Shown here piece by piece: positions 1-10,419 of a DNA stretch of 64,000 nucleotides. Position 1 is the first letter of the stretch, and each line of letters begins with the position of its first letter. Source of the stretch: Tubiluchus corallicola (lineage: Eukaryota > Animalia > Priapulida); NCBI GenBank assembly GCA_030141605.1, contig JAQGDQ010000515.1:1-64000 (forward strand). The letters are read 5' to 3'. A program made the translations under genes and the position numbers. The notes beneath the pieces were generated by a model that saw nothing but the letters and a program-made list of their open reading frames with translations, was not told the origin of the DNA and made no database searches.

Positions 1-1
1 C

Positions 2-769
2 CTACGTCAAGGGGGCAGAGATGTACGATTTCGTCAAAAAACATCTCCCCAAAAATCGCGTGGTCATACGCGTAGAAGATCTGGAAAGCGAGCACCCGCC
101 GCCCGCCATACGTTGGCAGAGCAACGGACGAGGCAGAGCGGTTCGGGCGTCCGAAACGATTGCCAACTACGTTCTAACGTGTCAGTCCAAACGGTCAACA
201 TCGTCGCCACTGCTTCGTTCTCGCAGCGCTTCGATCTGAACGAACTCCGGCGGAGAACGGGCGGAAGACGCTACGAAAGAAAACCGCAAATGGTTCTGCT
301 GAAGCGACTGGGCGGGACGCTGATGATTTTTGCCTCCGGCTCCGTGGTGGCCAACGGTTTTTCGGAGGAAAAAGTACTACGCAATGCGATCGAAGAACTC
401 TCGAAAGGTCTCGGACTGACGCCCGCCGACGGGATCGCAATTCGCACCATCACCGCCAGAGCCAAAATTCACTGCAGATTGAAACTGGGTGCACTGTACG
501 AAGAACTCGTTCGTCCTTCGACGCATTCTTTTAGAGAAGTGTTTTACGAAGTGGAACTATTTCCCAAACTAACTTGCAAATGCGAGCAAATTACTCTGAA
601 CATTTTTCACACCGGAAGCATAATAATGATGGGCGGGACAAAGCTCGAGGATTTCTCTCGCGTTTTCCGCAAATTTAACGAATTCGTTTTTAACAACAAT
701 AACGTTTGTCTGTATCACATCGACGACGACGACGACAATCCATGTACTCGCTCGTCGTCATTAGTGTAG
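2..769 (+). CDS. Divergent TATA-box-binding protein (TBP)-like protein, intronless; frame is open to the window edge
   Basis: Two TBP repeats are recognisable: VQTVNIVATASF..FDL / TLMIFASGSVVANG and IRTITARAKIHCRLKL / FYEVELFPKL / TLNIFHTGSIIMMGGTK (canonical: NIVST, TALIFSSGKMVCTG, YEPELFPGL, LLIFVSGKVVLTGAK). ORF track gives 113-769 from a TTG; I read no stop in this frame from position 2 and no ATG before the first repeat. Confidence 0.85.
   Translation, partial: LRQGGRDVRFRQKTSPQKSRGHTRRRSGKRAPAARHTLAEQRTRQSGSGVRNDCQLRSNVSVQTVNIVATASFSQRFDLNELRRRTGGRRYERKPQMVLLKRLGGTLMIFASGSVVANGFSEEKVLRNAIEELSKGLGLTPADGIAIRTITARAKIHCRLKLGALYEELVRPSTHSFREVFYEVELFPKLTCKCEQITLNIFHTGSIIMMGGTKLEDFSRVFRKFNEFVFNNNNVCLYHIDDDDDNPCTRSSSLV
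3..239 (+). CDS. C-terminal part of an uncharacterised protein resembling small DEDD-nuclease-like ORFs of Polinton-like elements
   Basis: Frame from position 3 reads YVKGAEMYDFVKKHLPKNRVVIRVEDLESEHPP, which resembles a YVKGxEK..F/WL....V.NLE...P motif I recall from such element ORFs (recollection only). Overlaps the TBP-like frame. Confidence 0.4.
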   Translation, partial: YVKGAEMYDFVKKHLPKNRVVIRVEDLESEHPPPAIRWQSNGRGRAVRASETIANYVLTCQSKRSTSSPLLRSRSASI

Positions 770-901
770 TTTTACTGTAATTTGCATAATTTGTGTAATT
801 TGCGAAAAAAACGTAAAATGTAGAACTATCATGTCACCATAATAATAATAATCTAGTTTTAGCACGTATGTATTTTGCATAAAAAATGTAAAAAAATTTT
901 A

Positions 902-1049
902 TGTAATCCATCAATAAAAAAAGATTTGTGAAAATGCATTTATCGAACTTTGGCGTTTGAAATAAATCTCCACACCTGTAATCCATCAATAAAAAAGATT
1001 TGTGAAAATGCATTTATCAAACTTTGGCATTTGAAATAAATCTCCACAC
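902..1049. repeat. Tandem duplication of a ~75-bp AT-rich unit, each copy with AATAAA motifs
   Basis: tgtaatccatcaataaaaaa..gatttgtgaaaatgcatttatc..actttggc.tttgaaataaatctccacac occurs twice; candidate polyadenylation signals downstream of the TBP-like ORF. Confidence 0.85.
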
Positions 1050-1947
1050 GCACACACACACACACACACACATCTAAACCCGCGAGAGAAGTGGTCGCGG
1101 AAAAGGGAGGACACCCGAGAGAGAGAGAAGTGGTCGCGGAAAAGGGCCGGCACTGCGCGAGTGGCGGGAAAAAGATTTCCCTCATTGCCTGCAGTGGACG
1201 ATTCCACGCGACGGAGGGGTGGGTTGCAGGGGGGGTGTCCCCGACCCCCGGGACGGACGTTTGCATGCGGCGGAGGGGTGGCAGGGGCTCCCCAATTAGC
1301 GCCAATTAGCGCCAATTAGCACTAATTAGTCCTCGGCGGGAACTCCACTTCTCCCTTTTTCTTCGTTTGAGGCGCTTTTTACCTCGTTTCACACACTTTC
1401 ACACACTTTCACACGCTTTCACACGCTTTCATGCGCTTTCACACACTTTCGCGCGCTTTCACGCGGTTTTGCGGGGTTTAAAATGGGGTGTCAAAAAAAA
1501 GAAGCCATCCAGGGGCCAGGGGTCAATGAACTTTGGTCACGTGACCTAGAGTTCAAGGTCATTCGATCCAAATGAAGCCATGCGGGAGGGAAAAAATGGA
1601 AAATTTTTACCTCGTTTCACACGCCTTTTCTTCGTTTTTCTTTGTTTTTCGCGCTTTTTCGTCGATTTCGGTCACGTGCACACTTTCACACGGGTTTTCA
1701 CACTTTTTTAGGGGTTTTCGTGGATTTTCGCACTTTTTTAGGGGTGTTTTTCCCCACCCCCCCGGGGAAATCCCCACCCCCCCCCCCCCGGGAAATCGGC
1801 CAGAGGTGTAACATCTATCCTACTTGCCTCCTCTCTCCCTCTCTCTCTCTCTCTTGCCTCACACGCGTCGTTTGCCAGTATTGACATTTATTAAGGACTG
1901 GTCTTGAGAATAAAGCAGTTTTTCTTTCAATTGTTCTTTCCTTTAAC

Positions 1948-2121
1948 AACTGTATAACTCCATATTTTCTCTTCGAAAATGCTTCTCCGGCGTTCTAGCA
2001 GTCCAAAAATTTTCTGGGCGTCAACCATGCTGGCGCCTGCTCCGCGGCGCTTTGCCCTACCCCCGATCGGGCCTCACACGCCCCACTTCCCCGGGCCTCG
2101 CCTAGGCTGAAATAGGCCCTG
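1948..2121 (+). mobile_element. 3' part of a hAT-like MITE (same family as 48763-49019)
   Basis: Shares actgtataactccatattttctcttcgaaaatgcttctccggcgttctagcagt and the terminal ctaggctgaaataggccctg with the complete copy. Confidence 0.8.
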
Positions 2122-4809
2122 CTTGGAAGGTACTTAGTACAATATAATCTCTTCTTTAAATGCAAACGCTCGTTTATATGACATGCAGTGATGCTAACAC
2201 GACGTTCAAAACCGTTTAACATTCGACCGGACATCAGTTGAAAGGAGAGTTTACATTCAGAATGAGAATCTTTCTGTTTTTTAAATAACAAATAATAAAA
2301 ACGAATTACGCGTTCAAATTAGCATGATCGAAAGCCACTTACGGACTGCTTCATTTTGGAAATAAAACTAGAATCAACACTTATGGATCCCGTCTTCAAT
2401 GTTGGTGGACTGCAAAATCAACAGTAACTGATCAAAACTATAAAAAATAAATAATTATTATTGTAATGTATACGCTCAAATCAAAGTTGCGTTCCCATAT
2501 CTATGTAGTTTATTCTGCAAAAAAGTACAAATTTTCTGTAGTCTACAACTACTACATCTACAAATCTAGTGAAATAAAAGTGCTAGAAAATAAGTGCTAC
2601 AGATTACTACGTTACACTAAAAAAGCTAAAATGCATACATACATTGTTGGTCCAATATTGAGTCGAGAAAAAGCCAGAATGTCAGTAAAAGGTAGCAGTA
2701 TAATTATAAGACAATTTTTAAATGCAACAAAGACGTGCGTACATGACAAGTTGCACCTATACAATGTCAGAGTAGAAAAAGTAGTCTAGATGTTGAGCTA
2801 CAGTCTAATATATTGTGGCTTCTAATGCATATACTACCTTGAGAAGAGGTAATGGACCAAAACATTTGCACCTGCAACAATTATTCTTACACTTTTACCC
2901 TTGCTCTTGACGATAGCAGTAGTTCGGGCAAAATACGGAGATTTTAATGCACAATAGAATGAGAATCTTTCTATTTTTGAATAATACAAAAGAAAAGAAA
3001 AAAAAATACATGTGATATACTGGAAAATAAAGATTTATAATCAAGAAACACGGTGGTGCAAACAGACCCCCCCCCCCCATTGCAAGCATTCTATTCAGTA
3101 TTTTGTTTTTATATAATTAGGCCTTTTGCTTTGTTGAATGGAAATAAAGGATAAATACTTTTATTATGTAACAGCATTCGAATTTAAATTATTTAATGTT
3201 ATTAAAACTCAAATCAAATTTTATATAAACTTATGCAATTTTCCCAAGATGCCTACTTTCGCAAAATGAAAGAAATCCCTTATGTTAGTCGAACATAAAT
3301 GGAATTTTAAAAATGCTAAGGAACCAAATTATTCTTAACGCATATCCCCAAAACCGATTATATATAACGGAAATATCCTGCCTAAAAACGCTATTTTCTG
3401 AACGCACATCATAGATCTCATTGTTCTCATAACTGAAATTCAAAAATTTTGGTTGTTAAAACCGCCTTCAAAACCGCAAATGTTCATGAAATACAATTCG
3501 GTGCCCGGACACTTTTTCTAGCACACCATCAGACACAGATATTCTGACCTGCTCAAGTTGAGCATGAAATCCAGAGTTTATGATAGTAAAAGCTACAAAC
3601 GTTACTAGCTCATACAATTGGATGGTTTGAGTATTTCATTGCAGTAGCACAGCACCTGGACTTCCCTGTGCAGCCGTAAGATTAAAAGTAACTGTAAGAC
3701 TTCTGCTTATTGCAGCAATATTGCCCTCGAATTTATTGATACAGTGTTTAGCTACCCAGTTAAACGAAATTCGTTTACATTTAAATACATGCAGAATTTC
3801 TTTTCATTTACTTGGGTGCATAGTAGTCTATTTTCAGTTTGTTAATGATACGATACCAAGTAGTTTTCATCTCACAAAAAAGTTGGCAAAATATTGCGCG
3901 CCTGTTTACCACAACAGACATAGGAATTCGGCTACGGTATGGTAATGATAAATAAATTTAAGGTTGTCATACTCAGTGAGAATCATTTAAATTCCTTTGT
4001 GTAATTTCAACAATGAGAAACAGGAAAAACCACACATGTATGCTAATTCATAAAAGTAACTAATATTATTTCACGTCACTGCATATATACATAATTTTTC
4101 CCAATACCTGAACTAGGCGTGCCGCTTTTTAACAGGTTAATATTAAGTTAATAATTTTAGCGATAAAGTGATCTAATATTAAAATTTAAAGCTTCTGCTG
4201 CTTATGAGACACGTTCCCATTATCGTCTGCTACAACACAGTGCAAAATCTTTGCAGCACGCACTGATTGCAGAGGCAAGACTTTCTTTTTCAAGTTCGAC
4301 GCCGTTGCCGCAAGTGAAACAATAACGCTCTTACAGCGACAAGTCTGTTGCCTGACTCGAAATCTCGAACACAATATCAGATTACAATAAATTTTATTAT
4401 AATAATTATTACAGTAGTTATGCCAATATCAACATAACATTATTCAATTTTGACGACAACAGTAAAACTAGTAGTAACGATGATTATAACGTAACATGAC
4501 AATATGATAAAAATCACAATGACCTAAAAACGTCCAATTTCCACTTCCCTTAACAGGAAAAACAAGAAGGAGATGTTTGAATGCAAACTGTAACATTTTG
4601 CACGGCTTCACATATGTTGGATTTAGAATAATTTTCTGACGGGTACGCGAGAGCCGCGAGACAGTTAGATTATAGCTGCCAGCATCTTTAAGGCATGTAG
4701 GCTTACTAGCACAGTTAGGCGAAACCATCGAACACAAAGTTTAACAGTAACCTTTGCTTTTATGCGATTTGTTTTTATTTTTGTGCATTGTTTACTGCTG
4801 ACCATTTAA

Positions 4810-5340
4810 CTCCTTCAGAACCGTAAGCTTTTGCTGCATTTTGCTTGGGTTCATGAAAAACTACTTTCATTAAGCAACGATTACACTATATTATTTTGAT
4901 AATTTTCGTAGATTTCACCTCTTCGCACAATGCGCTTTCATGCAAAGTTATATATGAAATGCAGTTGCTTACTTTACATAAATTAAAAATCGATTGTTGA
5001 CGAAAAAATTGGAAAAAAGCTTCCAATACCTGCAGTGTTTGGGCTATGGCAAGCATCGCCCAACGATCAGGAAAGTAGTGTGCACGATCGTGCAAGTGTA
5101 CACCAGACTAACCAACTCGATAGGGTCAGGCTGAGTGCCTGAAAAAAGCATGTTTTTCTTAATTTTATCCAATAAAATTACTTATAGATGCCGAGACGCA
5201 GAGCATGACTGAATGGCCATGACTTACTTGAATAGAACAATATCCAATTTATAAGTAATTAGTTATGTCTGTGCTCGTACAGAAGCAGTAAAGTCATAGG
5301 TCTTATAAGACCAATTTTGAATGGTGCGGTCCTGAAAAAG
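4810..5340. mobile_element. piggyBac-like non-autonomous element
   Basis: TTAA on both sides (4806-4809, 5341-5344); imperfect TIR CTCCTTCAGAACCGTA / TGCGGTCCTGAAAAAG. Confidence 0.65.
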
Positions 5341-6083
5341 TTAAGGAAACAATGTATAAGCTTGTTTTTTAAACACCATTTTTGCAACTGTCACGGCTAG
5401 GACCCCAAGGCTTCAACTCGTGACGTAAATAAACCATCAGTCCGATAACAGAATTAGGTCGTGCTGATCACTTAAGATTTTGAAATATCTCTGACAGCTG
5501 AAGACCTTGTAACACTGAAATTTTGGAAATTCCCAATCACTATCTCTGACATCCAAAGACCTAGTTTTGTTATCTATGTATACACAACACACTAGTTCTA
5601 TTTGCCTAAAAGATTCTTACATTTAAATAAAAATTTAGGCCCACGTGGCCCCAGTTGATGATGATTCATCAGCAACTCGGGCCACGTGGGCCTTAATTTT
5701 TATTGCTACTTTAAGGTGACAAATACTTTTCTGTCACCTATGGCCTAGTATGAAATATGAGAATACTACAATACCTAATAAATTTTATGAACAAAACATT
5801 TTTTGATAAAATGGACAAGTTGTTTTTGTCACTAATCGCCTGTCTGAATGTTGTCCAGCTCGCCAAACCGAATTATATTATTTTTTGAACATTTATTCGT
5901 TCAATATCAAGAGAAACTCTCTTATTACGACAAGTTATTAACTTTCAGCATTAAAAAAATTGCCGATTGCCGTTATAATGTCTTGCTATCATGCGCCGCC
6001 AGCAGCTTTTTTAATAACCTTATGAGAATAGAACAGGTGACACAATTTTAATAGATAAACAAGTGTCCAAATATTTTGCGAAA

Positions 6084-6095
6084 GGGAATTTACCC
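6084..6095 (+). promoter_or_regulatory. Putative Rel/NF-kB site upstream of lectin 1
   Basis: GGGAATTTACCC about 100 bp before the ATG, with AGATAA (GATA) at 6053-6058. Confidence 0.3.
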
Positions 6096-6190
6096 TCATA
6101 TCATATCCAGGGTGACGAATTTAGAAATTCATTCGTGCTTACATGCATCTTACATGACTCTGGGCTTGTCACATTACAAACTATATCAAA

Positions 6191-8060
6191 ATGAAGTCGC
6201 AGTTTCTAGTTTTTGCAATTCTGACATTTGTATGGGGTAAGTATCTCTAAATCTTTCAGATATTTCTACTAGAGCTATTACCTTTGTCGTCGAATGATAG
6301 TTTGATTTAATGTATTGTACTCTCACTGCATCGGAATGTAGGTATTGAAGCGTCTTCTAAATTAATATTTTGTACGAAGAGTAACAGTAATTAACTGTTT
6401 CGTAGCTGTAACTTTCTCACAGAAGCACTGCAACAGTCACAGTCATATGACATGTATCAGAACAACAGTACAAACTGAAATTACATGCAAAGCGCAGTTA
6501 CTAACATCGCTGCTGCTCTAACACAACTACTACAGATTTTAATTCGTTATAGTAAGGTTATATTTACGTCATACTAATGATATTTGTGAAATTGCAAACT
6601 GCTAATTTTCAGGGGTGACAGCACAGACGTGTAACGACGGTTGGATTTCCTTCGAAGACCATTGCTATTATTTCGGCCAGGAATCACCACTGAACTGGTT
6701 TGATGCCGAGCAAAGGTGCATTAAAGAAAATGCCACATTGGTGGGCATCGACAGCCGCCGTGAGCAATTATTTCTCAGGGCAAATATCCTCATAAATTTC
6801 GGCAACAGTGAGTACAATATATCTTTATACCTTTTGTATCGCACATTGCGTTAAAATATTACGTCAAAGAAAAACCACTGACAAAATGATGCTGCAAACA
6901 TTTTAGTGTTGGTATCAGTGGCGTAGCTAACATCGGAGCAAGGGGGAGCAACCGCACCACACGAGCACGTTGTTCAAAATTTGCACCTTTTCAACAACCA
7001 ACTTTTTTACTTTATTTGACCAACCTGCCTCCAGTATTTTTGAAATAAGTATGCATTTACGCAACTCATTTGGGCTGACTAATTAAACTAAGGATCAAAT
7101 TACACCAGTTCTAAGTATTGTAATAACTTGTCACATGCTGATACCATCTGTTGTGACACAGGCAAACACAACAATTGCTTCATGTGTCAGTGTGCCTTTT
7201 GGTATGTATCACGGCGCCTTTTTATGTGCTTGCTGCCACTTTAGAACGTGGTTACGCCCCAACGTGGTTTAGGCCTACAAATGACGGATTTATTGTATAT
7301 TTTCGCGGTAATTACGACTGAGACGGAGAGTACTATACAGTACAACAAGTGAAGCTACACAACATTATTACTTCTCTTTGATTTTTGTAGATTTCACTCC
7401 GTGGGTAGGTGGCACTGATCTAGCTCGAGAATTTGATTGGTACTGGTGGGGCTTTGGTGTACCTCTGTCTGGTTACTCAAATTGGTACGTAATTCTAGAA
7501 CTTATAAAAGTCGAAGGCCTAGCCTACCTGAGGTAATTGTGTTGAAGGTCCTCGGTGTTCGTTTTTTGTTTTGTTAATTTTGAGGGGTTTTCTGACAAAT
7601 TTTAAATTACCAATTATAGCTAGGTTTCTAATTTTATCCAGTTTTCGATTTGTGAATCCCAAATACATTATAACACTTAGTTTTTTTTGCTAGGCCGTTG
7701 CTTTGTTATTTCGTTATTAGGTCTCCTGTTATGAGAGAAAATCAGTTAACCATGTCAACGTAAAAAAATAAAAGTTGAATTGTTATGTACACTCACCTCG
7801 CGTCATCCATTTTACTGACATGGTTAGTTGTACTACAGCTTTTATTCTGTCGACTTTGACAGGTTTTTAAACTTACTTAACTTACATGTGTTTCCAGGGA
7901 GCCGGGCGCGCCAAACGGGATAAATCCTGCACACGACTGCATGGCAATGAATAAGGACAGTAACTGGGAATGGATTGATTACGGATGCCAGGGTGAAGAC
8001 GCTAAAAACGTTCACGGTTACATCTGCGAAACGCGAGATCCTTGTGAAGCCAGACAGTAG
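6191..8060 (+). CDS. Secreted single-domain C-type lectin, copy 1 (4 exons)
   Basis: Exons 6191-6236 (signal peptide MKSQFLVFAILTFVWG), 6613-6807, 7391-7484, 7898-8060; all GT-AG with matching phases. CTLD motifs CNDGWISFEDHCYYF, WFDAEQRC, WVGGTD, YSNWEPGAPNG, DCM, WEWIDYGC, YICE. Confidence 0.92.
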
Positions 8061-8608
8061 CTACACAATACATTTATAATGGACGCCACAAAGGTCCACA
8101 ATTTCAAACGTGCCTGTTTGATATCGTCATGAGAACTTACTTATCATGCGAAGCATTATGAAGACAGCATGTCTATAAAATTGTTACTTAATTAATTCTT
8201 GAAAAATTCGTGCTATATTATTGTGGTAACTAGTGGTAGTCGTTCAGTTCGTTTAGATGCTGTGATGATTTAGATTAGTTTGATGCAATAAGGTTATTTT
8301 TTGGAAATTCGTAAATAAAATTTCTAGAGTTTCTCAAAGCAGTTTCTTGGTTACTTGAATCAAGTCAGTTTCCACATTTAGCAAGGGTCTAACCAGAGCT
8401 TACATCAACCACACGCACATTATAAATTGAACCTCTCGACTATGCATATTATTAAAAAGCGTTATTTAATTGTTATTAAAATTTAAAGAAATGTACTATT
8501 AATTTACGTTATACTCCCTCCGATAATTAATAAAATACGTCTACATTTGAAAAAGATGAACTCGGAGTTATACTTATTCATACTTCGCAACTCACCACGA
8601 TATACTGT

Positions 8609-8609
<1 letters not shown>

Positions 8610-8680
<71 letters not shown>
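8610..8680. repeat. (CTA)n microsatellite
   Basis: Direct reading. Confidence 0.95.
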
Positions 8681-8776
8681 GTAATTGGTACTATTCAATC
8701 CAACTACTATTCAACGCATTAACTGTAAATGCAGCACCAAATTAGTAATTAAAATGATTCACATTTTACACGAAAA

Positions 8777-9157
8777 ACTCATGATGGTTACAGTACTGTA
8801 AGTTAACTCCAGTCTCCAGTACTCATGATGGTTACAGTACTGTAAGTTAACTCCAGTCTCCAGTACTCATGCTGGTTACAGTCTTGAAAGTTAACTCCAG
8901 TCTCCAGTACTCATGCTGGTTACAGTATTGTAAGTTAACTGCAGTCTCCAGTACTCATGCTGGTTACAGTACTGTAAGTTAACTCCAGTTTCCAGTACTC
9001 ATGCTGGTTACAGTACTGTAAGTTAACTCCAGTCTCCAGTACTCATGCTGGTTACAGTATTGTAAGTTAACTCCAGTCTCCAGTACCCATGCTGGTTACA
9101 GTACTGTAAGTTAACTCCAGTGTCCAGTACTCATGCTGGTTACAGTACTGTAAGTTA
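8777..9157. repeat. 44-bp minisatellite, about 9 copies
   Basis: Unit actcatgctggttacagtactgtaagttaactccagtctccagt; contains palindromes TTACAGTACTGTAA and AGTTAACT; no unique spacers. Confidence 0.92.
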
Positions 9158-10220
9158 CACTACACTGCAGCTTAACTGTACATGATAAATATAAAGTAAA
9201 GGTGTGAAAGACGAAAAATATATGTAGGTAAAAAATTAAACCACTTTTCTGTATTTAATAAAAAGTTATGAAATAATATTATAAAAAACAAAAGTAATTG
9301 TATGTCTATAGATCATTATAACACGATTACTTACTTAAGAATTTACAATATAATTAGTGTTAACTACAGAATACACGACAAAGAATGAAATACAAGATCA
9401 CAAAAGCTCAAGCAACTTAATAAATTCAATACTTGGTGTTTGTGGTTCGCAAAAAAGTAATAAATTCACGTTTAAATAATTTATGACAAGAAAGGCAAGA
9501 AAGATAAACAATCCACTACATAATAAAATTTGTTCAATTTTTATTAGAAAGATTCATCGTCAGGAAAAGTTCTGCTTGCTAGCGTGCAACAGAAAGCGAT
9601 ATGCAATGATGCTCCAACTGAACCTTAAGAACGCGCGGCAAAATTCTTTGTGCCCTTTTTGGTGAGGAACTCTGCCGCCAGCTAGAAGCTATGCGTTCTC
9701 CTCGTGAGGAATTTTGCCACATAGTAGAAATACTGCATATTCGATTTACATGAGGAATCCTCGCGGAGTTCAATCTTAAATCTAACTACTCAATTAATTC
9801 TTTCTTATTTCACGAATAACGATTACAGTAACAGATTTCAGCATAAATTTATAAGATTTAATCTCTCTAATAAAACTAATGATTTTATGTTTAATTAATG
9901 CAACACTGATGGCTATATTCGTGGAAAAGAAAAATAACGCACGCATATATTATTATGCATATGTATATATATATATATGCGTATATATATTGCATTGCAT
10001 TGTATTGTATATGTAAAAAGACAGTATGTAAGTAGTATAAAATTTCATGACGAATTTTTTAAACTTTATGTTTATGAAGGGTTTTCTTGTGCTTTAAAGA
10101 AAGAAATAACCTGGCTAGTAATTCGCCCGCATTAGGTCACCTCATTAATTTAATAAATTAAATAAAAGCGCATGCGCAAGATTTTTCCAGTCGTTGATTA
10201 GTGCCTGGATGCACGATTTT

Positions 10221-10341
10221 TGAATTTCCCGTCCGTGCCAGTAACGGGCCACCAGCTTCAACAGCTTTAGCTTATCTTGAGAAAGAACCAGGTGACACAG
10301 TTTGGTAATAGATAAATTTCCCATGCTGGTAGGTATATAAG
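10221..10341 (+). promoter_or_regulatory. Putative promoter of lectin 2 (kB-like sites, GATA, TATA box)
   Basis: TGAATTTCCC at 10221-10230 (reverse complement GGGAAATTCA), AGATAAATTTCCC at 10310-10322, TATATAAG at 10334; ATG at 10420. Confidence 0.35.
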
Positions 10342-10419
10342 TCGAGAAAGATAGATTGAAATTACACTCACAAACGTGTCTTGAGTAACGAGTTCCTTTG
10401 GCTAAATTAAACCAATTTA

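Larger units (their letters stand above)
1..1813. mobile_element. Right-hand end of a virus-like / Polinton(Maverick)-like integrated element; left part lies outside the window
   Basis: GC/CpG-rich, intronless, overlapping ORFs at 1-769, unlike the AT-rich flanking host DNA. A structured non-coding end with internal repeats (900-1810) finishes ...GGAAATCGGCCAGAGGTGTAACA(1813), a TG...CA type end typical of retroviral-like integrase substrates. Element class is inferred. Confidence 0.55.

Noticed and set aside
113-769. Host TBP or TRF2 gene
   Set aside because: Too divergent from these highly conserved proteins, intronless, and in a compositionally foreign segment; no gene symbol assigned.
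940-1884. Several short ORFs in the GC-rich element end
   Set aside because: No recognisable motifs; expected in GC-rich repetitive DNA.
8777-9157. Palindromic repeat array resembling CRISPR
   Set aside because: Units are contiguous with no unique spacers, no cas genes, eukaryotic context.
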